NCBI GenBank assembly: GCA_964525635.1
Contig: CAZGJX010000035.1
Coordinates: forward strand, 1 to 36,069
Direction: 5' to 3'
Length of the DNA stretch: 36,069 nucleotides
From: an uncultured archaeon
GTDB lineage: Archaea; Asgardarchaeota; Lokiarchaeia; Sigyniarchaeales; SOKP01
Each line of letters starts with the position of its first letter. Position 1 is the stretch's first letter. The notes below the pieces were generated by a model. The model was not told the DNA's origin, did not search any database, and saw nothing but the letters and a program-made list of their open reading frames with translations. The position numbers and the translations under genes are program-made. This document shows, piece after piece, positions 1-9,576 of this stretch.

Positions 1-101
1 CATGTGCTAATAAAGATTATGATTTAAAATATGTGAAGAAAAAAAAAATAAAAAGGTTATTTTGCGTTGATGAAAAATCACCAGACAGTAACATTTTTTA
101 A
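1..101 (+). CDS. Possible 3' end of a CDS entering from the left edge (…CANKDYDLKYVKKKKIKRLFCVDEKSPDSNIF*)
   Basis: Open frame from position 3 to TAA at 99-101. Too short to assign a family and could be chance. Confidence 0.3.
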   Translation, partial: CANKDYDLKYVKKKKIKRLFCVDEKSPDSNIF

Positions 102-164
102 TATATATTACCTTGAGAATAATGATTAACTGTATAATTATATAATTTATATGAGGTAATTTAT

Positions 165-380
165 ATAACAGAACAAATTAAAAAACAAGATATAGAATGG
201 GCGAGAGATTGGAATATAATAGTTAATATATTTGATTTAATAGATAAATTAAAAGAAGAATTTGGCCAATTGGATGTAACCTATCTTCGTGAAATACAAC
301 AGAAAATTATTTTATTAAATTTAGAAAAGTATGCATGGTCTTTAGAAAATTATATCGTTGAAAAATACTCTAAAGAATAA
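165..380 (+). CDS. Small helical hypothetical protein (71 aa) with a probable ATA start; absent from the ORF track
   Basis: GAGGT Shine-Dalgarno-like motif at 153-157, then ATA ACA GAA CAA… open to TAA at 378-380, reading ITEQIKKQDIEWARDWNIIVNIFDLIDKLKEEFGQLDVTYLREIQQKIILLNLEKYAWSLENYIVEKYSKE. In-frame stop at 135-137 and no ATG in the frame. Confidence 0.6.
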   Translation: MTEQIKKQDIEWARDWNIIVNIFDLIDKLKEEFGQLDVTYLREIQQKIILLNLEKYAWSLENYIVEKYSKE

Positions 381-509
381 TCATATTAACTATAGAATCA
401 AAATATGTTATATTCATCTTATTATTAATTATATTAAGAAATAAAGTTATTTAACTTATTTTAAAGACGAAAACTTAAAATTAAAAATCCCAATAACAAA
501 AAAGATTTA

Positions 510-1277
510 TTAATTATCATTATCTGATTCATTTTTTATTTCAGATTCACGATTTACTTCCGATTCATTGATTATTTTACCTTTTCCATTGGATTTTTCT
601 AATAATTCTGTTAAAATCACATTATTAAAAGAAATTAACATACGTGGGATATAACCTTCAGCCAAATAGGTCCCATCATCAACTTCTTCTTTTAAAGGAA
701 AAAGCTGTTTTTCTATAATACTAGAACCCATATAATCTCTTTCATATTCTCTATACCCATATATATTATTTTTAACTATAACCATTTTTCTTTTATATCC
801 TTCAGGTAATCCTGCCTTCTCTAAGAGTAGCAAGATTTTTTCTCTAGTTAATGAGTCAAGTAATTCTATATCCTTTTCAGTTCCTTCATAAGAGGGACCT
901 TCTTGAATATGTTCATAATCTATTTCTTTTTCCAAACCAGACATAATCTTAAATGCCATTGTTTCATCACCTTCATCTGCAGCAGTTATTTTATAGGCAA
1001 TTGCATATTGATCTCTTATTTTCGGTGCCATTTTAGCAGCAACGAATTTCATTCTTGTAGTTGTATTATTACCATGCCAGATCCATACTCTATATCTTTT
1101 TGGATCAAGAAATAAAAAAATGAAATCTGAATCTAATAATTCATACAAAGGTAGATCTTCTTCGATTTCTAATTCTTGGAACTCCTGTAATTCATCATTA
1201 AATTGGAATATTAATGTTTTTTCTTCTTCTTTCTCTGGAATCTTACCTTTGTCAATAGGTTCTTTTTGATTTGACAT
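510..1277 (-). CDS. Gelsolin-like domain protein (Asgard single gelsolin domain plus C-terminal 'X' domain, 1DGelX-like)
   Basis: Gelsolin-repeat signature LDSDFIFLFLD…VWIWHGNNTTTRMKFVAAKMAPKIRD…DEGDET, followed by a beta-rich C-terminal domain (LPEGYKRKMVIV…YIPRMLISFNNV). Confidence 0.8.
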   Translation of the reverse strand: MSNQKEPIDKGKIPEKEEEKTLIFQFNDELQEFQELEIEEDLPLYELLDSDFIFLFLDPKRYRVWIWHGNNTTTRMKFVAAKMAPKIRDQYAIAYKITAADEGDETMAFKIMSGLEKEIDYEHIQEGPSYEGTEKDIELLDSLTREKILLLLEKAGLPEGYKRKMVIVKNNIYGYREYERDYMGSSIIEKQLFPLKEEVDDGTYLAEGYIPRMLISFNNVILTELLEKSNGKGKIINESEVNRESEIKNESDNDN

Positions 1278-1403
1278 TAGTTAAATATTATATGATTTTT
1301 GAGTTTTTAATATTAATCTATTGGTTTATTTTAATTTCACTTTATTTAAAATTATTTATATATAAATGATAGAATTAGAAAGATATTTGTATAAAAATTA
1401 ATA

Positions 1404-1488
1404 TGCGGAAAGGGAGATTTGAACTCCCGTACTCCTTTGAGACTGGATTCTGAGTCCAGCGCCTTTGACCAGACTTGGCAATTTCCGC
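1404..1488 (-). tRNA. tRNA-Leu (anticodon CAG), intron-less, CCA not encoded
   Basis: Reverse complement reads GCGGAAA…GCCAAGTCTGGTCAAAGGC…CTGGA-CT-CAG-AA-TCCAG, a long variable arm, GGGAG-TTCAAAT-CTCCC and TTTCCGC-A. Acceptor, anticodon and T stems all pair. Confidence 0.96.
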
Positions 1489-1782
1489 TTTTTGATAGTT
1501 TTAAGGAATAAATTATAAGATATTTTTTTATCTTTTGAATAACGGATAAAAATCAAATATAAGAATAAATTATAATATAAATATTCAAATGAAAATACTA
1601 TAATTATTTTTATTTTTAAAAATAATATATTTTGTAGATTTTATTTTGGAATAATAATAATAATATCATTCTAAATTATTAAGACATTATACCTTTCTTA
1701 GAATCTATCAAATAAAAAAATATTTTTTATATTATTATTTATTTAACCTCCAAATCGACTAAAAAAAGATAATGGAATAAAT

Positions 1783-4053
1783 ATGAGTAAAATTCTCTCT
1801 AAAATAAGAAATATAGCATTTATTGGAAATTATTTACCAAGAAAATGTGGAATAGCAACTTTTACATATGATCTTTTAAATGCAATTTCTAATGAACTTC
1901 CAAATCAATCTTGCTGGGCAATAGCTATGAATGATTTTATAGAAGGTTATAATTATCCCTCTGATGTTCGGTTCGAAATAAATGTAAATCGACTAAATGA
2001 ATATAAATTAGCTGCTGAATTTATAAATATAAATAAAGTGGATATAGTATGTTTACAGCATGAATTTGGAATCTATGGAGGAGAAAATGGAAAAAATATT
2101 CTTGGATTAATTCAGAATTTAAGAGTTCCATTGATAACAACATTTCATACTGTTTTACTTAATCCTACTTTAGGACAAAAAATAGTAGTAGAAAAAATAT
2201 GTGAAAAATCAGATTATATTGTAGTAATGAGTTATAAAGCAATAGATATATTAAAAAAAAAATATTCTATACAAGAAAAAAAAATAATTGTTATTCCTCA
2301 TGGAATTCCTGATTTACCCTTTATGGATCCAAGTTTTTATAAAGATCAATTTGGTGTTGAGGGAAAAAATGTTTTATTAACTTTTGGTTTGTTAAATCCA
2401 AGTAAAGGAATAGAAATCGTAATTGATGCTTTACCAGATATTTTACGTGAACATCCTAATACTGTCTATATTATTTTGGGAGCAACACATCCAAATATAT
2501 TAAGAGAACAAGGAGAGTCTTATCGTCATGCATTACAAATAAGGGCAAGAAACAAAGGGGTTGAAGATAATGTTCTTTTTTATAATCATTTTGTTGATCT
2601 TAAAGAACTATGCAATTTTTTAGGTGCCACAGATATATATATTACCCCTTATTTAAATAAGGAACAAATTGTTTCTGGTACACTTTGTTATGCACTAGGT
2701 GGAGGGAATGCGGTAATATCAACACCTTATTGGCATGCTGAAGAACTTCTATCAAATGAAATAGGAAAAATTATTGATTTTAATGATTCTCATTCATTAG
2801 CTTCTCAAGTTCTTTATTTAATAAATCATAAAGTAGAAAGAGATTCAATGAGGAAAAAAGCATATAAGTTTACGAGAAAAATGGTTTGGAAAGAGGTTGC
2901 TCGAAAATATATTGAGGTTTTTACTAATACTCTGGCGGAAAGAATATCACATCCAGATCTAATATCACGTAAAAATTATTTACTTTCAACTCCATTTGAG
3001 ATGCCTGAACTAAAATTAGATCATATTTACAGATTAACTGATGATGTTGGTATTTTACAACATGCTAAATTTATAATACCAATTAGAAAACATGGTTACA
3101 GTACTGATGATAATGCTAGAGCATTAATAGCAACAATAATGGTAGAGAATTTATTTCCGGAAGATTATAATTTAGTTAATCTTGTTAGTAAATATTTAAG
3201 CTTTCTATTACACGCATTTAATGAGGAAAATAAAAGATTTAGAAATTTTATGGGATATGATCGTAGATGGCTTGATGAAACTGGGACTGATGATTGTCAT
3301 GGTCGTGCTATATGGAGTTTAGGTATAACTATTGGGTCATCAAAAATAAAGCGACTTGCAGATATTGCTTTGGATTTTTTTAATAGAAGTGTTTCTATTT
3401 TGCCAACATTAACTTCCCCTAGAGCTTGGGCCTTTGGTTTAATTGGAATTCATGCATATTTAATTCGTTTTAGTGGGGATAGCAAAATAAGAAGAATTCG
3501 GGAAGAATTAGCTTTTAAATTATATAACCTTTACTTAAAGAATGCTGAAGATAATTGGGAATGGTTAGAAGATATTATAACATATGATAATGGAAAAATA
3601 CCAGAGGCATTACTAATGTCTGGACAATGGATACAAAATAATGACATGGTAAATGCGGGTATTAAAATGTTAGAATGGTTGATAAAAATTCAAACGAACG
3701 AAAAGAATAGTTTTTCCCCAATTGGTAATAAAGGATGGTATCATAAAGATGGAGAAAAAGCTATATTTGATCAACAACCTATAGAAGCTCAAAGTATTTG
3801 TGAAGCATGTATAGAGGCTTATAAAGTAACTCAAAATAAAAAATGGATCTCAGAGGCAAGAAAGTGTTCAGAATGGTTTTTAGGAAATAATGATATAAAA
3901 ATTTCGCTTTATGATTATAAAACTGGGGGTTGTTATGATGGTTTAACATATAATGGTATAAATATTAATCAAGGAGCTGAATCTACGTTAGCTTGGGTAC
4001 TTACTCTTCTGAATATGTATTCATTTGAAAATCTAATTGAAATTAGTGAATAA
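1783..4053 (+). CDS. GT4 glycosyltransferase fused to a C-terminal (alpha/alpha)-barrel glycosidase-like domain
   Basis: N-terminal GT-B motifs GNYLPRKCGIATFT, LQHEFGIYGG, TFGLLNPSKGIE and QIVSGTL. C-terminal domain with GILQHA…HGYSTDDNARAL, FDQQPIEA and NQGAESTLA, typical of this two-domain family. Confidence 0.85.
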   Translation: MSKILSKIRNIAFIGNYLPRKCGIATFTYDLLNAISNELPNQSCWAIAMNDFIEGYNYPSDVRFEINVNRLNEYKLAAEFININKVDIVCLQHEFGIYGGENGKNILGLIQNLRVPLITTFHTVLLNPTLGQKIVVEKICEKSDYIVVMSYKAIDILKKKYSIQEKKIIVIPHGIPDLPFMDPSFYKDQFGVEGKNVLLTFGLLNPSKGIEIVIDALPDILREHPNTVYIILGATHPNILREQGESYRHALQIRARNKGVEDNVLFYNHFVDLKELCNFLGATDIYITPYLNKEQIVSGTLCYALGGGNAVISTPYWHAEELLSNEIGKIIDFNDSHSLASQVLYLINHKVERDSMRKKAYKFTRKMVWKEVARKYIEVFTNTLAERISHPDLISRKNYLLSTPFEMPELKLDHIYRLTDDVGILQHAKFIIPIRKHGYSTDDNARALIATIMVENLFPEDYNLVNLVSKYLSFLLHAFNEENKRFRNFMGYDRRWLDETGTDDCHGRAIWSLGITIGSSKIKRLADIALDFFNRSVSILPTLTSPRAWAFGLIGIHAYLIRFSGDSKIRRIREELAFKLYNLYLKNAEDNWEWLEDIITYDNGKIPEALLMSGQWIQNNDMVNAGIKMLEWLIKIQTNEKNSFSPIGNKGWYHKDGEKAIFDQQPIEAQSICEACIEAYKVTQNKKWISEARKCSEWFLGNNDIKISLYDYKTGGCYDGLTYNGININQGAESTLAWVLTLLNMYSFENLIEISE

Positions 4054-4145
4054 TAACTATTTATTTGTATAAACGTAAAATTAATAATATCAAACAAATA
4101 TCATAATACTATAAATATTTATTGGATAGGTATTGTCAAAATCAG

Positions 4146-5372
4146 ATGAATAAAAAACCAATTGTAATTATAAGTTCATATCCACCACGTTTATGTGGGA
4201 TTGCAACTTTTGCCGAAGAAGCAAGAGAATTTATCCAAAAAGCTAATCCAGAGAGAGAGGTCTTTGTTATAAGCCATGTAGATGGTGAGGGAGAAGGTGT
4301 ATTTCCTATTATAGATATTTCAAAATCTAATTGGTGGGAAGTCGTAGATAATAAAGTAGATGAATTAGATCCATATGTTATTCATTTAGAACACGAATAT
4401 GGTCTTTATGAATATAGAGATAAACGTGGTATTGGAGATAAAAATGAGGGATTTCTTATACTTTTAGAAGCAATTAATAAATATCCAATTATTGTTGAAC
4501 CTCATACAATACATGGTCGTCTAACAGATTTTGAAGCAGAATTTGTTTTTCAACTTTGTCAAAAGAGTGATATAGTATTATTTAAGTGTCATTATCAAAA
4601 GTGGCGTTTAGATTGGAACTTTCGCACAAAAGGCTGGGAAACACCTCAAAATATAATGGTCGTTCCACATGGTGCTAGAACTGATAAACGACGGGGTATG
4701 CATGAGGTTCCATTATTAAAAAAGGAATTGAATTTAGATACATCAGTTTTGGCTGATCATATAGTTGGAATGGTTGGATGGATTCAGTCTAATAAAAGAT
4801 GGGACATTTTAATATCGATGTGGGAAGAGATTCATAAGGAGATTAAAGAAAAAACTGGACAAAAATGGGATTTATTAGCAGCTGGTACTATTCGTGATCC
4901 TAATCACAAAAAAGATTATGAAACATGGAAATTAAACGTTCTAGAATTACAGAGTAAGGGAATCGCTCATTATTATGAATTCATTCCTAGAGGAGATGTT
5001 TATTATAAGATCATGGCTATATGTGATTTTATTATTCTACCAACTGTTGATGAAACACAATCTGGAACACTAGCACGGATTATTGCTTTAAATAAACCAT
5101 ATATTACAACCGCTCCAATGGAGGGTTTAACATCCCAAACTTTAGAAAACAAAGGAGGATTATTATTCACAACAAAAAAAATGCTAAAACAGGAGGTAAT
5201 AAAATTGGCCTGTGATAGAGATCTTCGTCTACAATTAGGGGAAAATTTAAAAAAATATCTTGATAATGAAGTTTCATGGAAAATAGTTGCAAAGCAATAT
5301 AATCAAGCCTATAAATTAGCTAATGAAGCTAAAAAAACAGGAGAAATTGTTAAGATTAAATCAGAATTTTAG
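4146..5372 (+). CDS. GT4-family glycosyltransferase (paralog of the upstream GT domain)
   Basis: SSYPPRLCGIATF, HLEHEYGLY, VVPHG and ETQSGTLA motifs parallel the upstream gene. ATG at 4146 is preferred over the TTG at 4122. Confidence 0.82.
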   Translation: MNKKPIVIISSYPPRLCGIATFAEEAREFIQKANPEREVFVISHVDGEGEGVFPIIDISKSNWWEVVDNKVDELDPYVIHLEHEYGLYEYRDKRGIGDKNEGFLILLEAINKYPIIVEPHTIHGRLTDFEAEFVFQLCQKSDIVLFKCHYQKWRLDWNFRTKGWETPQNIMVVPHGARTDKRRGMHEVPLLKKELNLDTSVLADHIVGMVGWIQSNKRWDILISMWEEIHKEIKEKTGQKWDLLAAGTIRDPNHKKDYETWKLNVLELQSKGIAHYYEFIPRGDVYYKIMAICDFIILPTVDETQSGTLARIIALNKPYITTAPMEGLTSQTLENKGGLLFTTKKMLKQEVIKLACDRDLRLQLGENLKKYLDNEVSWKIVAKQYNQAYKLANEAKKTGEIVKIKSEF

Positions 5373-5384
5373 GAAGGAGTAATA

Positions 5385-6341
5385 ATGAAAAATAAACCTT
5401 TAAAAGACCTTTTCCGACGTTATTCAGACAATCCAATTATTAAAGTACAAGATTTACCATATTGTGCAAATAGTGTATTTAATGCAGGAGCTATTAGATA
5501 TAATAATAATATATTACTATTAATGAGAGTAGAAGATAGAAAAGGAATTTCTCACTTAACTTTAGCTAAAAGTAATAATGGTATAAATAATTGGGAGATT
5601 GATACAAAACCTACTTTATTACCAGAACCTAAAGAATATCCCGAAGAGATTTGGGGAATAGAGGATCCTCGAATTACATACTTAGAAGAAGATAAATTAT
5701 GGGGTATTGTATTTACTGCCTATTCTATGGCAGGACCACTGATATCTTTAGCAACAACTGAAGATTTTAAAAATTTTAATAAATATGGTCCTATTATGCC
5801 TCCTGAAAATAAAGACGCAGCTCTTTTTCCTATTAAATTTAACAACCAATGGGCAATGCTCCATAGACCTGTATCATATATTCCCAGTTTTTCAGCTCAT
5901 ATTTGGATTTCATTTTCTCCAGATTTAAAGTATTGGGGAAATCATAAAATTATAATTCGGGCAAGGGAGGGTGCATGGTGGGATGCTAATAAAGTTGGAC
6001 TTTGTCCTCCACCCTTAAGGACTGATGAGGGATGGTTAATTCTCTATCATGGTGTTAAAGAAACAGCTAGTGGTATTATTTATCGCCTTGGTTTAGCACT
6101 TTTAGACATAGAAAATCCGTTTAAACTAATAGCTAGATCCGATGAATGGATTTTTAGCCCTTTAGAAAAATATGAAAGATGTGGAGATGTTAATAATGTC
6201 GTATTTCCATGTGGTTGGATTCTAAAAGGTGATGAACTTTATTTATATTATGGAAGTGCTGATAGTTCAATTGCTTTAGCAACAGCTTACCTTTCTGATT
6301 TGCTAGATTGGTTAAATAAACATAATTCATTAGCATTATAA
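5385..6341 (+). CDS. GH130-family beta-mannoside phosphorylase/glycosidase (5-bladed beta-propeller)
   Basis: NPII, VFNAGA, GIEDPRIT, NKDAALFP, LHRP, GWLILYHGV, NVVFPCG and YYGSAD motifs. Strong SD (AGGAAGGAG) upstream. Confidence 0.9.
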   Translation: MKNKPLKDLFRRYSDNPIIKVQDLPYCANSVFNAGAIRYNNNILLLMRVEDRKGISHLTLAKSNNGINNWEIDTKPTLLPEPKEYPEEIWGIEDPRITYLEEDKLWGIVFTAYSMAGPLISLATTEDFKNFNKYGPIMPPENKDAALFPIKFNNQWAMLHRPVSYIPSFSAHIWISFSPDLKYWGNHKIIIRAREGAWWDANKVGLCPPPLRTDEGWLILYHGVKETASGIIYRLGLALLDIENPFKLIARSDEWIFSPLEKYERCGDVNNVVFPCGWILKGDELYLYYGSADSSIALATAYLSDLLDWLNKHNSLAL

Positions 6342-6570
6342 TTTATGCATATTTCAAGGCTTACACTTATAGCTTGGCGAACTCCACCTAAGAAATATGA
6401 CGATTGAAAAAAGATCTTATCCCTATTAAAAGAGGGATTAATTACTTAACAATAAAATAGTATTGATTAAAAGTTCGAGAAAGAATCAATTTTGAAATCG
6501 TTTCGACTATCGTGAATGGGTAAAAAATTATTTATAAAGAGATCTAATTCTAATTTTTTGTTTTATTTCA

Positions 6571-7245
6571 TTATAAATTTGGACTAAAGAGTCTTTCTAT
6601 ATCTTCTTCATCAAATTGACCTTTCCACATCTCTTTTAACACTATATATCTGTCTTTTTTATTTGGATTAAACAAAGAATGGAATGTTCCAATGGGAATT
6701 TTATATATCTCACCAGAATCTACAAAATAATGTACTTTATTTCCATTTATAATGATAGGTTTTCCTTCTAATATTTCCCAAAACTCCATTCGCTTATTAT
6801 GGGTTTGAATTGAGATACCCATTTCGGGTTTAATATAAATTAAATTTTTATCTGGATATGTAAATTTAATACTATACCATTTTGATAAAACATCTATAAA
6901 TCCATCGGGGACATTATATATTCTTCTAAATTCTTCAGGATTGATGATTTCTTTTTTAGAATGTTCAAACTTATATGGATCATAAATTAGCTTATGTTGT
7001 GAGATATCTAAGTTAAATTGAACTTTTAATTTTAAATTCGATCTATTAATTATCATATAGTAATCTTCTGGGGCAATTTTTAAGTCATTTTGGTTAATAT
7101 CACTTGTAATAAATTTTGTATCATTAATTATATATATTTGATTTAATAAATCTTCATTTATTGAGATTTCCAACCTCTCTGTATCATTCTTACGCAATCC
7201 AGTACTTCTATTAGATTGTATTTCTTCTAAATATATATCTATCAA
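6571..7245 (-). CDS. Cupin protein with a type II mannose-6-phosphate isomerase C-terminal-like domain
   Basis: ISIQTHNKRMEFWEILEG resembles the LSLQxHxxRxEHW cupin motif 1, IPIGTFHSLFN resembles motif 2, and the C-terminus has FDEEDIERL (cf. EDDIVR). Confidence 0.7.
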   Translation of the reverse strand: MIDIYLEEIQSNRSTGLRKNDTERLEISINEDLLNQIYIINDTKFITSDINQNDLKIAPEDYYMIINRSNLKLKVQFNLDISQHKLIYDPYKFEHSKKEIINPEEFRRIYNVPDGFIDVLSKWYSIKFTYPDKNLIYIKPEMGISIQTHNKRMEFWEILEGKPIIINGNKVHYFVDSGEIYKIPIGTFHSLFNPNKKDRYIVLKEMWKGQFDEEDIERLFSPNL

Positions 7246-7454
7246 CTCTTTACTTAAGAATTATAACTATTTTCTGAGATTTTATGTGATCCTTATTAAT
7301 TCAAATAATATATCTCTTATTAATAAACTTAATAAAATGAAATCCAATAATCTAAACATTGAAATAGATAATTTTATTTAAATTAAGTCTATGTAAAAAA
7401 TCCTATAAAGAGCTTTTTATTCACACTTAATAAGTTCTAATTAATGAATAAGTT

Positions 7455-8351
7455 TTATTTGATTATATATTCTAATTTTTTACCTTCCTTTATATCAAGA
7501 TATAATTCACTACGAATTACATTTCGTATTATATATCCACCAATATGGAGTATCGAATCCTTTAAAACAGAATCCTGATCCATTGAAGCACTACAAGGAT
7601 ATGAATGGTGAGCTTTACTAATTTTTTCATCTAAAGATAAATCATTCTTTTTTTTATTTTCTATATATTTACATTTTAATTGTTGTACTATAAAATATGT
7701 TGAACCACAAGGAGCACTCTTTAAAACACAAACATCTTCTATACTTTTTCCATCATTATTCAGTCTGAATGAAACTTTTGGTTTACCTATTTGAAAATAA
7801 TTAATAAATCTACCAATAAAATTATGATTTTTAGTAATATTAAAATTAATTTTATTATATTCATCTTCTATTTCATTTAAAGCACAAAAAGGTTTTGGAA
7901 AAGCTGCTTGAATTCCTTCTTTTTCAAATAATTTTAAAACTTGTATTTGTAAACCAGTGGGAACCCAATTTGGTTCTTCAATAGGTACAATTACAGCTTT
8001 AATATCTTTATCCTTTAAAAATTCAGGTAATCCTGATAATAAATCTTGATGTATATATACAACTAATAAGAAATCTAATTGAGGTAAGTCATTTGGTAAA
8101 AATTGAATCGGATCATCAATAATTTCTGGTGTATTTTCACCAATCTTCTTATAATAATAGATATTTTTAGAATAACTTCCTATTGACTGCCTACATTTAT
8201 CACATTTAATTTTTTGCTCTAAATCTTCACATGCAGAACAGAAATTATCATTATTTAGTAAATGGCCTGTAAATTTTTCTGCAAAAGTTTTTGCATCGGG
8301 ATTTGATCCATATATAATTCCTAATTTTACATGGTTAGTATCTAAACTCAT
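7455..8351 (-). CDS. DUF166-family protein (Cys-rich, possibly metal or Fe-S binding)
   Basis: PKPFCAL, VLKSAPCGST, HHSYPCSASM and LHIGG motifs, plus N-terminal CxxC…CxxC. ATG at 8351 is preferred over the TTG at 8375. Confidence 0.7.
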   Translation of the reverse strand: MSLDTNHVKLGIIYGSNPDAKTFAEKFTGHLLNNDNFCSACEDLEQKIKCDKCRQSIGSYSKNIYYYKKIGENTPEIIDDPIQFLPNDLPQLDFLLVVYIHQDLLSGLPEFLKDKDIKAVIVPIEEPNWVPTGLQIQVLKLFEKEGIQAAFPKPFCALNEIEDEYNKINFNITKNHNFIGRFINYFQIGKPKVSFRLNNDGKSIEDVCVLKSAPCGSTYFIVQQLKCKYIENKKKNDLSLDEKISKAHHSYPCSASMDQDSVLKDSILHIGGYIIRNVIRSELYLDIKEGKKLEYIIK

Positions 8352-8594
8352 TTTATTATGATTAAATGAAATCAAATTCTAATTATATTTATTTTTATAA
8401 TATATAATAAGAATATTAACTCTAATTATGAACATGTTCAAAATTATATTTTAATATAAACCCATTAAAATAAAGAAACTAAAATTATCTTATCAAATCC
8501 TTAATTTAGATAAAAAAAAAGGTTTTTTCTGATTTGAATTATTTTATATCTAAATCAATTAATTTTTCATATAATAATAAAACATTATCATAAG

Positions 8595-9437
8595 ATGGTT
8601 GATCAAATAATTAAAGATAAATTCTTCTCAGAATTATTAGATAAATTATCATTTATTTTAGATGATTCAAAAAATAAATTTTCTTTGATACCATTAAAAA
8701 GTAAAAAGAACATGGTATATGAATTAATTTTGACAGATCGTTTAACTAATTCCTCAGAAATTTTTATTATAAAGAAGCTTCAGAGTGAAAAAGCTGATAA
8801 AGAATATGAAATGATTAATTATCTTAAAGCTCAAAAACTTCAAATTCCTAAGATTATATATTTTAAAAATCCCTATATTATTCAAGAAAAGGTTAATGGC
8901 GAGAATCTATGTGATTTTATCAATAATAATCTAAGGGGGAAAAAGGAACTATCAGAAGTAGATAATAAGATAACAAAAAAAATACTTCTGGCAATAAAAC
9001 TTTTAGCTAAGTGGTTAGCAGATCTTCATAAAAAAAACATAATTTTAAAAGAAGATTTTGATAAGATTATAGTCATAAATAAAGGAGATACACGGTTAAA
9101 AGATTTTATTATTAATTTTTCAAATAAAAAAATTTATGGAGTTGATTTTGAGGAGTCATATGAGGGGAATTACTTGGAAGATATTGCCTGGATATGTTGT
9201 TCTTTAATTGACACTGATCCAGGTATTTTTGAAATGGAAGAACCATTACATAAAATCGAATTAATAAATCTATTTTTAAAAGAATATTTTAAAATCAATG
9301 CTGATTTTAAATTTTCATTCAATTATTTCGCCAAATCTTTAATTGAGAATCTAAATTTAGTTATTAATCGAAGAGAGTTAAAGATAGGTGAACTTAATGA
9401 AAATTCTGTTTTAAATAAAATATTAAAGAAAATTTAA
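8595..9437 (+). CDS. Protein-kinase-like / APH-type phosphotransferase
   Basis: SKKNMVY, IIKK (beta3 Lys), EYEMI (alphaC Glu), WLADLH, catalytic loop KGDTRLKDF and DFEE (DFG equivalent). Confidence 0.75.
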   Translation: MVDQIIKDKFFSELLDKLSFILDDSKNKFSLIPLKSKKNMVYELILTDRLTNSSEIFIIKKLQSEKADKEYEMINYLKAQKLQIPKIIYFKNPYIIQEKVNGENLCDFINNNLRGKKELSEVDNKITKKILLAIKLLAKWLADLHKKNIILKEDFDKIIVINKGDTRLKDFIINFSNKKIYGVDFEESYEGNYLEDIAWICCSLIDTDPGIFEMEEPLHKIELINLFLKEYFKINADFKFSFNYFAKSLIENLNLVINRRELKIGELNENSVLNKILKKI

Positions 9438-9576
9438 TTATCCAATTCTTCAATATAAAAGTTTTTTCTTTTATATATAATTTTAAGAATTTTAGAATTT
9501 AGAAGAATAGTTAAAAATAACTTCTTATATTAAATTATCAATAAATTCTTTAACAATTATTTTTAGTGTTTTTAAA

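Noticed and set aside
903-1115. 70-aa + strand ORF
   Set aside because: Antisense shadow of the gelsolin-domain gene, with no motif.
1404-6560. tRNA-Leu as the integration site (att) of the sugar cassette
   Set aside because: The cassette lies on the 5' side of the tRNA, no integrase is present, and I saw no duplicated tRNA end in the window.
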